Source of the DNA: Spirochaetia bacterium | GTDB taxonomy: Bacteria > Spirochaetota > Spirochaetia > UBA9216 | Length of the DNA stretch: 64,000 nt | NCBI GenBank assembly: GCA_965140585.1 | Contig: OZ223264.1 | Location: 736,001-800,000 of the forward strand | Reading direction: 5' to 3' | Shown: positions 47,342-56,971 of the stretch, piece after piece | Layout of the letters: every line of letters begins with the position of its first letter | How positions within the stretch are numbered: the stretch's first letter is position 1 | Position numbers and translations under genes: made by a program | Notes under the pieces: generated by a model | What the model was told of the DNA's origin: nothing | Database searches by the model: none | The model's input: only the letters and a program-made list of their open reading frames with translations

Positions 47342-48691
47342 ATGACTGGAAAAGAAAAATTACTGGCAGTGCTTAGAAAAGAAAAAACAGGCGAGGTTCC
47401 ATGGGTCCCCTTTGCCGGCGTACATGCAGGTAAACTTAAAGGGTACACAGCACGTGAAGTTTCTACAGATGCTGATAAGCTGATTGAATCTCTGTTAGAA
47501 GTTAACAGAATCTACAAGCCGGACGGACAGCCGGTAATGTTTGATCTTCAGATTGAAGCTGAAATACTCGGATGTAATCTGGTCTGGTCTGAAGATGCTC
47601 CGCCGACTGTTGCCTCTCATCCGCTTGCCGATACCGAAGAAATTCCCGATACCATGCCCAAGGCTGAAGACGGACGTATTCCTATGGCTGTAAAAGCCAT
47701 GAAAGCCATGAAGGAAAAAGTTGGAGCTGATACAGCACTTTACGGTCTTATTACAGGACCCTTTACTCTGGCATCGCATCTTAGGGGAACCAACATCTTT
47801 ATGGATATGGTTATGAATCCGGAGCATGTAAAAGCGCTAATGGAATATACAACTAAGGTTGCAAATGTAATGACTGATTTCTACGCTGATGCCGGGATGG
47901 ATATCATTGCGGTTGTCGACCCGCTTATCTCCCAGATTTCGCCTGATCACTTTGCTGAGTTTATGGAAGGCCCGTTTTCTGAGGTTTTTGAACACATCAG
48001 GAGCAAGGGTGCATTTTCATCCTTCTTTGTATGCGGAAACGCCACAGCAAATATCGAACCCATGTGCAAGACCGCTCCGGACAGTATTTCGGTTGATGAG
48101 AATGTAAATCTTGCTGCTGCAAAGAAAGTTACTGATAAATATAATGTTGTTATCGGCGGTAATATTCCGCTTACTTCAGTTATGCTCTTCGGTACACAGC
48201 AGGATAACATGAAGACTACAATTGATTTAATTGACAGTCTTGATAACCAGGACCTCCTTATAGTGGCTCCGGGCTGTGACATGCCTTATGATATTCCAAT
48301 TGAAAATACCATTGGAATAGAGCAGGCTGTACATCAGACTGAACAGATCCGTGAAATGGTTGCCAATTATGAGGGCAGTGAAATAGAATTTGAAGGTGAA
48401 CTTCCCGATTATCCAAATCTTGAAAGACCCTTTATTGAGGTTTTCACACTCGATTCAGTAACCTGTGCTGCCTGTACCTATATGAAGGCCTCCGCCGACG
48501 ATATAAAGTCATATTACGGCGAGAAGGTGGACATGATAGAGTATAAATATACAGAGCCTCAGAATATTGCCCGATGCAAAGCAATGGGTGTTCAGCAGCT
48601 TCCCAGTATCTACATCAACGGTGAACTCAAATACTCATCTATAATTCCAAGCAGAAATGAATTTATAGCTGAGGTTGAAAAGTACCTTTGA
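47342..48691 (+). CDS. UroD/MtaA-family corrinoid methyltransferase fused to a C-terminal thioredoxin-like domain
   Basis: 'DLQIEAEILG', 'GPFTLA..LRG', 'GNIP', 'APGCD'; C-terminal 'TCAAC...LPSIYING'. Confidence 0.8.
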   Translation: MTGKEKLLAVLRKEKTGEVPWVPFAGVHAGKLKGYTAREVSTDADKLIESLLEVNRIYKPDGQPVMFDLQIEAEILGCNLVWSEDAPPTVASHPLADTEEIPDTMPKAEDGRIPMAVKAMKAMKEKVGADTALYGLITGPFTLASHLRGTNIFMDMVMNPEHVKALMEYTTKVANVMTDFYADAGMDIIAVVDPLISQISPDHFAEFMEGPFSEVFEHIRSKGAFSSFFVCGNATANIEPMCKTAPDSISVDENVNLAAAKKVTDKYNVVIGGNIPLTSVMLFGTQQDNMKTTIDLIDSLDNQDLLIVAPGCDMPYDIPIENTIGIEQAVHQTEQIREMVANYEGSEIEFEGELPDYPNLERPFIEVFTLDSVTCAACTYMKASADDIKSYYGEKVDMIEYKYTEPQNIARCKAMGVQQLPSIYINGELKYSSIIPSRNEFIAEVEKYL

Positions 48692-49629
48692 GTGACAAAA
48701 TAAAATTAATACTGATATCAGGATTTCTGGGAGCAGGTAAAACCACATTTTTAAATAACATCTTTAAAACAATGCCGGACGTAAAGTTCGGCATTATTGT
48801 CAACGACTTCGGCAGCATCGGAGTAGATTCAAAGCTTCTGGGTGCTCAGGATAAAGACAGTATTCTTGAGCTTAATAACGGGCAGATCTTCTGCTCCTGC
48901 CTTGCCGGTTCCTTTGTCTCGGCAGTGGGCAGCTTCTCCCGGCTTGATATCGACTACCTGCTTGTAGAGACTTCCGGCCTGGCAAAGCCTTCACCGCTTC
49001 TTGGAATCATTAACGAAGCTAAAGCAGGCTCGGGCGGCCGTATAAAATATTACGGAATGATAAGCCTTGTGGATGCTTCAACATACCGCAGACTCTCTCA
49101 GGCTGTACTGGCTGTGAATGAACAGATTGCTTACAGCAACAAGGTGATTCTCAATAAAACGGACCTCGCAGGTAAAATGGAAACAAGCCTGTGCGAGTCT
49201 GATGTGCTTACCGTTAACCCTGAGGCTGATGTTATTCGAACAAGTTTTGGGGAAACCGATTCTTCATTTCTCGAGCAGATGCCCGAGATTGAAGAACTCA
49301 GACCTCCTGATAGACGTTTTGCAGGCTGGGGACGGCAGGGCAGACCGGTTCCTGTCCTGCTGACCTGTTCCGGTCCTGCAGCCGAAGCGGATTTAAACCG
49401 CTTTATCGACAGCATCCGCAGCAGTGTTTACAGAATCAAAGGCTGGCTTAAAAGTGCGGACGGATATCTGCAGGCAGATATCTCCGTGGCTTCAGACGGG
49501 CAGTACTGCAGACATGTCTCCGATTCAGAGCGTGAAGGACTTGTAATCATTTCTCCGGCAGATGATGCTGTTCTAGAACTTATTCGAAAATCTGCGGAAG
49601 AACTAAGCGGAGCAGAAATAAAAATATGA
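48688..49629 (+). CDS. CobW/COG0523-family GTPase metallochaperone
   Basis: 'GFLGAGKTT', 'VNDFG', 'FCSCL', 'VETSG', 'NKTD'. Confidence 0.88.
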   Translation: MSDKIKLILISGFLGAGKTTFLNNIFKTMPDVKFGIIVNDFGSIGVDSKLLGAQDKDSILELNNGQIFCSCLAGSFVSAVGSFSRLDIDYLLVETSGLAKPSPLLGIINEAKAGSGGRIKYYGMISLVDASTYRRLSQAVLAVNEQIAYSNKVILNKTDLAGKMETSLCESDVLTVNPEADVIRTSFGETDSSFLEQMPEIEELRPPDRRFAGWGRQGRPVPVLLTCSGPAAEADLNRFIDSIRSSVYRIKGWLKSADGYLQADISVASDGQYCRHVSDSEREGLVIISPADDAVLELIRKSAEELSGAEIKI

Positions 49630-51452
49630 AAATCAAGATACATACAGACGGTGAAATTAAGGCCGCGGAAATCAAAAAAGGTGAAAGTCTTCTTGATGCG
49701 GTAAACAGAGCGGGTATTGAAGGCTATGATGCTCCCTGCGGAGGCAAGGGGACCTGCGGAAAGTGCAGGGTTAAACTTGTAAGGCCGGAACTTTCCCGGC
49801 AGTATAAGCCTGATTCTGTAGAAACAAAATTCCTCACCGAAAATCAAATAAGTGATGGAACAAGACTGGCCTGCCGTATTTTTCCGGAGAACGATCTTGA
49901 TATTTCAGTTTCTTCCGTAGGGAAATCAGCCTCCATCCTTACAGGTTTTGACGGACAGGCTTTTAATTCGGAACTGATAGGTACCGATGCGCCTGTTTCC
50001 TTAATCAGTATCAATCTTGATAAGCCGTCAATCGAGGATCAGCGTTCCGACTTTGAAAGAATTAAATCAGGCCTTCCCGAAGGCTCGGATATTCCATTGT
50101 GGATGATCCGGCGTCTGCCCGAACTTCTGAGGAAATATGAATATGAGATTTCGGTTAAAACCTGTTTCGGTAAAATCGTTTCGGTGCTTGCGAAAGATGC
50201 AGCCGCAGTTTCATATGCTGTTGCAGTTGATATCGGAACAACTACTGTGGTTTCATATCTTGTCTGCATCAGCGGAGAAGAGCGCGGTCAGGTAATCGAC
50301 TTTGTATCCTCACTGAATTCTCAAAAGGGTTTCGGAGGGGATGTTATCTCCAGAATTGAATTCACAATGCAGGAATCAGGAAATCTTGATGTTCTGCAGC
50401 AGAAAATTACAAGTCAGATATCAACCATGGTCGATAAGCTTTGTGCAAAAGCCGGAATTGAATCTTCCGCGATCGATCTTGTTACAATAGCGGGTAATAC
50501 CACGATGATGCATCTGTTTACCTGTCTGGATCCGGCAGGTATAGCTGCCGCTCCTTTTATTCCGGTTGATACATCACTGCTTGCTGTCTCAGCGCCCGAG
50601 CTGGGGCTGAGTCTTCATGAAGGGTGTACGATAGCACTGCTTCCGTCTATTGCCTCCTATGTTGGGGCGGATATTACCGCAGGAATTATTGCGACCGGTA
50701 TGCATAAAACTGAAAAACTCTCTCTTTTAATTGATATAGGTACAAACGGTGAGATAGTGCTAGGCAGCAGCAGCGGCATGACAGCATGTTCAACTGCAGC
50801 CGGACCGGCTCTGGAAGGGGCTAATATTTCATGCGGGATGGGTGGAGTTCCGGGTGCAATTAACAGGGTATATGCAGGCGATGAGAAGGATATTTTCTTT
50901 GAAGTGATTGGCGGAGACTCCCCAACAGGTATCTGCGGTTCAGGAATTGTAGATGCTGTATCTGTTTTTCTGCAGCAGGGATACATTGATGAGACCGGAA
51001 GGATTATGACTGAGGATGCAGATACATCCGGCACTCTCATTGTAACAGATGACGGTCCAGAACTGAAAATTACAGACGGAATAACCCTAACCCAGAAGGA
51101 CATCAGGGAAATCCAGATGGCCAAGGCTGCAATAGCTGCCGGAATTGCAACGCTGCTTCATGAAACCGGAAAAACTGTTGATGATGTTGAATGTGTGTAT
51201 CTGGCCGGCGGTTTCGGAGCCGCACTGGACAGGCATAATGCCGCGGTGATTGGACTTGTTCCGGCAGACCTTGAAGCTAAAATAGCGGCAGCCGGAAATA
51301 CTGCAGGCAAGGGAGCTGTAATGGCGGCGCTCTCTGCTGAGGTCATTGCTGATATGTCTGATGCAGCACAGCATGTTGATTATATCGAACTCTCAACGAG
51401 TGCCCAGTTTCAGATGGAATACATGAACGCAATGTATTTCAGCAAGCACTAA
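49626..51452 (+). CDS. ATP-dependent corrinoid reductive activator (RACE/RamA-like; [2Fe-2S] + ASKHA/DUF4445)
   Basis: 'CGGKGTCGKC', 'DIGTTT', 'DIGTNGE', 'STAAGPALEG', 'GICGSG', 'LAGGFG'. Confidence 0.9.
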   Translation: MKIKIHTDGEIKAAEIKKGESLLDAVNRAGIEGYDAPCGGKGTCGKCRVKLVRPELSRQYKPDSVETKFLTENQISDGTRLACRIFPENDLDISVSSVGKSASILTGFDGQAFNSELIGTDAPVSLISINLDKPSIEDQRSDFERIKSGLPEGSDIPLWMIRRLPELLRKYEYEISVKTCFGKIVSVLAKDAAAVSYAVAVDIGTTTVVSYLVCISGEERGQVIDFVSSLNSQKGFGGDVISRIEFTMQESGNLDVLQQKITSQISTMVDKLCAKAGIESSAIDLVTIAGNTTMMHLFTCLDPAGIAAAPFIPVDTSLLAVSAPELGLSLHEGCTIALLPSIASYVGADITAGIIATGMHKTEKLSLLIDIGTNGEIVLGSSSGMTACSTAAGPALEGANISCGMGGVPGAINRVYAGDEKDIFFEVIGGDSPTGICGSGIVDAVSVFLQQGYIDETGRIMTEDADTSGTLIVTDDGPELKITDGITLTQKDIREIQMAKAAIAAGIATLLHETGKTVDDVECVYLAGGFGAALDRHNAAVIGLVPADLEAKIAAAGNTAGKGAVMAALSAEVIADMSDAAQHVDYIELSTSAQFQMEYMNAMYFSKH

Positions 51453-51483
51453 AAAAGCCCCTGCTGTTTTACGGGCAGGGGCC
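51451..51483 (-). terminator. Terminator hairpin between convergent genes
   Basis: AAAAAAGCCCCTGC...GCAGGGGC; T-tract on the minus strand. Confidence 0.65.
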
Positions 51484-51545
51484 AGGAGAAAAAAGAGGAG
51501 GAAATATCTCAAACAGGTCCTGTTCCGGGCCAATTGAGATATTTT

Positions 51546-52640
51546 TTATCTGATTGTCTGCTCAGATTCTTTATCAAAGAAATAGATCTTTTCAGGAGCC
51601 GGTTTGAAATAGGCTTTGTCACCGACTTTGAAGTTCAGGTGCGGCGGTACCTTTGCAATAAAACTGCTTGTTGATGTCTTTACATGGAGATGTATTTCTT
51701 CACCCAGCTGTTCAATAACGGTAATTGAGCCGGTTATTGAATCCTTCTCGCTTCCGTCTTCTGTATATTTAAGGTTTTCAGGTCGTACACCCATCACAAT
51801 GGTTTTTCCGTTATAATCTTTAAGAAGTTCATCTTTTTCTGATGGAATCTCTATCTGAAAACCGCCCTCATCGGCAATGATTTTACTTCCGTTAATATCG
51901 AGTTTTACAGGGATAAAGTTCATTTGAGGTGAGCCTATGAATCCTGCTACAAAGAGGTTGTCGGGAGCGTTGTAAAGGGTAAGCGGGCTTCCTATCTGCT
52001 GTACAAGACCGTCCTTCATTACAACTATTTTATCAGCCATAGTCATGGCCTCAACCTGATCGTGTGTTACATAAACCATGGTAGCCTTGAGCCGGTGGTG
52101 AAGGCTGGAAATTTCCGCCCTCATCTGGACCCTCAGCTTGGCATCGAGGTTTGAAAGAGGTTCGTCAAAGAGGAATACCTTCGGATGCCTCACAATGGCT
52201 CTTCCTACTGCAACCCTCTGTCTCTGTCCGCCGGATAAGGCCTTTGGTTTTCGTTTAAGAAGACTTTCTATGCCGAGAATAGCTGCGGCTTCTTTAACAC
52301 GCTTGTCAATTTCATCCTTTGAAAACTTTCTGATTTTAAGACCGAAAGCCATGTTGTCATATACAGACATATGAGGATACAAAGCGTAGTTCTGAAATAC
52401 CATTGCAATGTCCCTGTCTTTGGGAGGGACATCATTTACAACCTTGTCAGCAATCTTCAAAGTTCCGTCTGATATTTCCTCAAGTCCTGCAATCATTCTC
52501 AGGGTTGTTGTTTTTCCGCATCCTGATGGACCGACAAGAACAACAAACTCTTCATCTTTTATCTCAATATTTACATTATCAACAGCTTTAACATTTCCGG
52601 GATAAATCTTTGTTATATTTTCAAGTGTTACGGTAGCCAT
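51546..52640 (-). CDS. Stand-alone CUT1 sugar ABC ATPase (MsmK/MsmX/UgpC-like)
   Basis: GPSGCGKT, 'LSGGQRQRVA', 'DEPLSNLDAKLR'; start at MATVTL with RBS GGAGG. Confidence 0.92.
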   Translation of the reverse strand: MATVTLENITKIYPGNVKAVDNVNIEIKDEEFVVLVGPSGCGKTTTLRMIAGLEEISDGTLKIADKVVNDVPPKDRDIAMVFQNYALYPHMSVYDNMAFGLKIRKFSKDEIDKRVKEAAAILGIESLLKRKPKALSGGQRQRVAVGRAIVRHPKVFLFDEPLSNLDAKLRVQMRAEISSLHHRLKATMVYVTHDQVEAMTMADKIVVMKDGLVQQIGSPLTLYNAPDNLFVAGFIGSPQMNFIPVKLDINGSKIIADEGGFQIEIPSEKDELLKDYNGKTIVMGVRPENLKYTEDGSEKDSITGSITVIEQLGEEIHLHVKTSTSSFIAKVPPHLNFKVGDKAYFKPAPEKIYFFDKESEQTIR

Positions 52641-52671
52641 AAAATCCTCCAATCGATATGCAATATTAGCA

Positions 52672-52765
52672 TTGTTTGAGTTGTAAGTCAAACAAATATC
52701 AAACAAATAGAAGTTTATAGTCAAACAATAGTCAAACAATAGCTGTAAAAATAGTTCTTGTTTGA
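52672..52765. repeat. Array of six TCAAACAA boxes (four direct, two inverted) in the divergent promoter region
   Basis: Direct copies at 52688, 52699, 52721, 52732; inverted TTGTTTGA at 52672 and 52758. Confidence 0.8.
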
Positions 52766-52805
52766 TATTCGCTTTGAATGTACTATGTAGCCAGGATAAA
52801 TCAGG

Positions 52806-53888
52806 GTGAAAGAACTTCTTTATCAAAAGATATACAGCCATCTCCGTGAAGAGATAGTCAGCGGCAGAATTCCAGCAGGCGTCAGGCTTCCGGGAGTACG
52901 GGAGCTCGCAGAACAGTGGGAAACAAGCGGAAATACGGTTATTAAAGCTGTGGATCTTCTGCAGAAGGATCAGCTTATAGACAAGAGGCCGGGCAGGGGA
53001 ATGATTGTCTGTGAACCTTTTGAGCCGCAGGCTGCGAAGACTTATACAATAGGTCTTATTGTACAGGATATTGCTGCCCCATGTAATGCCGGGCTTGTCA
53101 GTCAGATAGAAAAGCAGGCTGCGGCATCCGGTATGGGCCTGTCGATTCGCAGCTCTTCGTCGGGAAACGAAACGGCTATCGCTTCTGAAATGGAAAATCT
53201 GGGCTGCTCTGCTGTTATAATAATTCCTTCAGCCGGAATATCAGCGGCTGTATTTTCCGGAATAAGTATTCCGGTTCTGTTTACCGGCGATTTTAACCCT
53301 TCTGCAAAATTTGAAGGTAATTTTATTGTTGTTGATCGATATGATGCTTTTTACCGAATGGCTGTTCATATGCTGGAATCCGGCTGCCTGAACCCGGCAT
53401 ATATAGGCGCTTCAAAAGAGCTGAAACTGGAACCCGGATATGCCGCCTGCAGAGATGCTGTTGATGGCACACGATTCGGTTTCAGGGAGGAGTACGCCGT
53501 ATCTGCAGGCGGCTACGAGACAGAGCAGGGCAAAACGGCAATGCAGCAGCTTCTTTTAAATGAAGAGTATCCTGACGCCGTGATATGCGCAACTGATACG
53601 CTTGCCGCAGGAGCGTTTAAAGCCTGCAGGGAGGCGGGGCTTGAAGTTCCAGGTGATATCGGTATAACCGGAGCAGGCAATCAGGACATTTCCGAAGCTC
53701 TGGATCCGTCTTTGACGACTATTCAAAGCCCTGACAAGCTTACGGCGCTGCTATGCATAAATGCAGTATCCGACATTATCAAGGGCAGTCTGGTTGCTGA
53801 AAGTCTGATCAGGGTGAGGCTTGAGATGCAGCTGATCTTCCGTGACTCTTCCGGGACCGGAGAGTCCGACGGAAGTGAGTGGCTTTAG
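52806..53888 (+). CDS. GntR-HTH/LacI-sensor chimeric regulator (AraR-like)
   Basis: 'LYQKIY..LREEIVSG...RLPGVRELA...GRGM' plus periplasmic-binding-protein fold 'VPGDIGITG...PSLTTI'. Confidence 0.85.
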   Translation: MKELLYQKIYSHLREEIVSGRIPAGVRLPGVRELAEQWETSGNTVIKAVDLLQKDQLIDKRPGRGMIVCEPFEPQAAKTYTIGLIVQDIAAPCNAGLVSQIEKQAAASGMGLSIRSSSSGNETAIASEMENLGCSAVIIIPSAGISAAVFSGISIPVLFTGDFNPSAKFEGNFIVVDRYDAFYRMAVHMLESGCLNPAYIGASKELKLEPGYAACRDAVDGTRFGFREEYAVSAGGYETEQGKTAMQQLLLNEEYPDAVICATDTLAAGAFKACREAGLEVPGDIGITGAGNQDISEALDPSLTTIQSPDKLTALLCINAVSDIIKGSLVAESLIRVRLEMQLIFRDSSGTGESDGSEWL

Positions 53889-53922
53889 ATTACCGCCGAA
53901 TCTCCGGTATGCTTCAGTTTTT

Positions 53923-54468
53923 TTAATCTTCAACCAATGCCTGAAGCGGATTATGCTTATAGAGCCTGTCCTTAACAGCCAGAACTGTAAGCGGTTTTTT
54001 CAGATATTGATGAAATAGAATATCATGGCCAAGACATAGTCCCATCTCGATTACAAGATCTGCATCGCTCTGGTTAATCGCCTCAGCCTGTCCTATAGGA
54101 TTGCAGTTGACCCCGCCTTTAAGATTATCGCTTATCTCAGATTCCTTAATTCCGTTTACAGTACAGCGGAAAGAACTCGGTTTTAGACCCTTATCTTTCA
54201 GTATTTCTGAAAGTCTCAGAGCTTCTTTTTCCATCGAAAAACAATAAGCCAGAGCTATTTTTGTCCATCCCTGAAGTTTTGAAAATTCGATTACTTCATC
54301 AAGTCTCGAAAGGCTGCCGGCTCTTCCGCCCGCAACCAGTTTATCGGCATTCTCGTAAAATTCGGGAATGCCGTCTTTTTTATATTCTTTGACTATGCTG
54401 TCGTGGGCGCCGTTGCAATCACGCCCGTCAGATTTGCATGCCTTGGAGCTGCAGTTCAGACAGTTCAT
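53923..54468 (-). CDS. DUF1847-family Cys-rich (metal-binding) protein
   Basis: 'CNPIGQA', 'GLCLGHD.LF', 'VKDR...HNPL'. Confidence 0.78.
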   Translation of the reverse strand: MNCLNCSSKACKSDGRDCNGAHDSIVKEYKKDGIPEFYENADKLVAGGRAGSLSRLDEVIEFSKLQGWTKIALAYCFSMEKEALRLSEILKDKGLKPSSFRCTVNGIKESEISDNLKGGVNCNPIGQAEAINQSDADLVIEMGLCLGHDILFHQYLKKPLTVLAVKDRLYKHNPLQALVED

Positions 54469-56270
54469 TTAATCAGTCCCTCAAGCTGGCTGCACAGTTC
54501 TCCGAAGCGCTTCATTGCAGCCTGTACCGGTTCAGGACTGCTCATATCAACTCCGGCCGCAGCAAGAGATTCAAGTGGATATTTTGATCCGCCTGATTTG
54601 AGGAATGAGAGGTACTGGTCACGGTCTGTTTCTGTACCGCTTAATACCTTTGTAGAAAGAGCAATCGCTGCCGCAAGACCGGTAGCATACTTGTAAACGT
54701 AGAAAGCCCTGTAGAAATGGGGGATTCTGAGTCCTTCGAGATCACTTTCAGCAAACAGTTCAACATCGGGGCCGAAGTATTTCTCCAGCAGGCTTCTGTA
54801 GAGTTTTCTTACCGATTCAACACTTAAGGGCTGGCCTTCTTCAACCATCTTATGGGCAAGATGTTCAAATTCGGCAAACATGGTCTGTCTGAATATGGTT
54901 GCAATAATATCATCAACCTGTTTCCCAATCAGGTAGGCTTTCATTTCATCAGACTCAGCTCTATCGAAAAGATATTTTGCAAGAAGCTGTTCGTTGAACG
55001 TTGAAGCTACTTCAGCCTCAAATATCGTATAGCTGTAATTCTGAAAGGGGTTGTTTCTCACACTGTACCAGGAATGCATCGAGTGTCCGCCTTCATGGGC
55101 AAGGGTAAACACATCGCGAAGAACGTCTTCCTTGAAGTTCATCAGGATGTATGGATCGCCGATGTAGGACCCTGCTGAAAAGGCGCCGGAGCGTTTACCT
55201 TTGTTCTCATAGCGGTCAACCCATCCGCCTTTAAGTCCGTTTTCAAGCGTGCTGCAGTACTCTTGACCCATCGGTTTCAATGCTTTTATGATTACTTCAA
55301 CAGCCTCATCATAGGTATGTTTTACCTTGATGTCTTTAACAAGCGGTACATAAACGTCGAAATGGCTTAGTTTTTCAAGGCCAAGTGCTCGGCGCCGCAG
55401 ATCGTAGTAACGGTGAAGGGCCGGCAGGTTTTCGCCTATGGTGCTCAGAAGGTTGTCATACACAGTTTCTTCAACCTTGTCCGGGAAAAGTGCGGCTGCC
55501 CTCGAGGAACTGTAGTTGCGGATGCGTGATTTATATATGTCCAGATGGACATTTCCAGCATAGAGAGTTGATAGTGTATTTTTATGAGATTCAAAATTGC
55601 TGTAGAACTGAAAATATGCCTGCTTTCTGATTTCTCTGTCGGGATTTATCAGGAATGAGCCGAAAGTTGACTGTGTGAGGGGGATTTCTCCCTCTTCAGT
55701 GATAATATTTCCAAATGACATATCGACATTGGTAAGTGATGAAAATGTCCTTGACGAAGTCTGATTTGCCTCAGCCTGCATGGCTATCAGTTTTTCTTCC
55801 TTCTCGGACAGGATATGCGGCCTGTAGCGCAGGATTTTGTTCAGCATTATCGAATATTCAGATAGTCCCGGTGATGCCATAAATGATTTCATTTTATCTT
55901 CAGAAACAGCCTGAATCTCCGGAGTCTGGTAACTGGCAGCTGCTGAGGCCTGTGCGGCAAGAGACATGAATCTTGAAAAACGCTCCTGTCCGCTGCTGTT
56001 TCCTTCATCCTCGTTGAGTCTTAAATGAGCGTAGGACCCGAGTCTTTCTTCCATGAGTTCAAACTCATTCATATAATCGAGGCATTCCTTAAGTTTCTCA
56101 GCAGACTCCCCGAGAGTCCCTCTGAAATTTTCTATCCCCGGTATCATTTTCTGAAAAGCCTTTAAATCAGCCTCCCAGTCTTCTTCTGTTTTATATAAAC
56201 CTGAAAGATCCCATTTGTCCTTCACATCTACTTCATGTCTTTCCGGTATTTTACTCATATCATTCTCCAA
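54465..56270 (-). CDS. pepF: Oligoendopeptidase F (M3B)
   Basis: 'KWDLS.LY', 'GKRSGAFS', HExxH 'HEGGHSMH', 'AEVAST', 'IPHFY..FYVYKYATG'. Confidence 0.95.
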   Translation of the reverse strand: MENDMSKIPERHEVDVKDKWDLSGLYKTEEDWEADLKAFQKMIPGIENFRGTLGESAEKLKECLDYMNEFELMEERLGSYAHLRLNEDEGNSSGQERFSRFMSLAAQASAAASYQTPEIQAVSEDKMKSFMASPGLSEYSIMLNKILRYRPHILSEKEEKLIAMQAEANQTSSRTFSSLTNVDMSFGNIITEEGEIPLTQSTFGSFLINPDREIRKQAYFQFYSNFESHKNTLSTLYAGNVHLDIYKSRIRNYSSSRAAALFPDKVEETVYDNLLSTIGENLPALHRYYDLRRRALGLEKLSHFDVYVPLVKDIKVKHTYDEAVEVIIKALKPMGQEYCSTLENGLKGGWVDRYENKGKRSGAFSAGSYIGDPYILMNFKEDVLRDVFTLAHEGGHSMHSWYSVRNNPFQNYSYTIFEAEVASTFNEQLLAKYLFDRAESDEMKAYLIGKQVDDIIATIFRQTMFAEFEHLAHKMVEEGQPLSVESVRKLYRSLLEKYFGPDVELFAESDLEGLRIPHFYRAFYVYKYATGLAAAIALSTKVLSGTETDRDQYLSFLKSGGSKYPLESLAAAGVDMSSPEPVQAAMKRFGELCSQLEGLIK

Positions 56271-56853
56271 TTATTAATTTTGCCAGTCTTGAAGCAGCTC
56301 TGCCCCTATGGCTTATTTTATTTTTTTCAACTTCGCCTATTTCTGCAACAGTCATTCCGTATCCGGGCAGAAAAAAGACAGGATCATAACCGAAGCCGCC
56401 GCAGCCTGCGGGTTTAAAGGTTATACTTCCGTCAACCGACTCCTGTACCGTATACACACGGTATTCATCAATTATAAGACTCATACAGCATACAAAATGA
56501 GCGGTTCTCTGGGCAGCCGTTTCCAGGTGCTTCATTTTATCAAGCAGATACAGGTTTCTATCCTCACTTGAAAGGTCGGGACCTCCCCTGCTTCCGTAGC
56601 GTGCTGAATATATTCCCGGCTCACCGTCGAGACCATCAACGCATAAACCTGAATCATCGGCTATTACGGGCCTCCCGGCTAATTTAAACAGCGTTTCAGC
56701 TTTTAGAAGTGAATTCGCAAGAAAAGTTGTTCCTGTTTCGTCGCAGTCAAAGTCTATTCCAAGCTCATCAGGGGTGATGATTTTATGATCTTTGAGGATC
56801 TGTGAAAGTTCGTGTTTTTTATGCTGATTGTTTGTTGCAAGCAGAAGTTCCAT
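56260..56853 (-). CDS. rdgB: Non-canonical purine NTP pyrophosphatase (RdgB/HAM1)
   Basis: 'ATNN.HK..E', 'DDSGL', 'PGIYSAR', 'GFGYDP', 'SHRG'. Confidence 0.93.
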   Translation of the reverse strand: MELLLATNNQHKKHELSQILKDHKIITPDELGIDFDCDETGTTFLANSLLKAETLFKLAGRPVIADDSGLCVDGLDGEPGIYSARYGSRGGPDLSSEDRNLYLLDKMKHLETAAQRTAHFVCCMSLIIDEYRVYTVQESVDGSITFKPAGCGGFGYDPVFFLPGYGMTVAEIGEVEKNKISHRGRAASRLAKLIIGE

Positions 56854-56971
56854 TAATTATCTCCAGACCTACTATTATTCCAGTAAAAGCCCTTGTGGGC
56901 AAGAGGTCCGAAGGAGACTGAATAAAACAGCTCTGATTGACAGTCTGATATTCAGTTGCTAAGATTCATCC

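Noticed and set aside
47342-48691. True uroporphyrinogen decarboxylase (hemE)
   Set aside because: Lacks the HemE 'RQAGRY' motif and lies among corrinoid-protein and activator genes
52672-52765. Repeat array as CRISPR or plasmid iterons
   Set aside because: Units are only 8 bp with no unique spacers of CRISPR length, and there are no cas or rep genes; the location fits an operator
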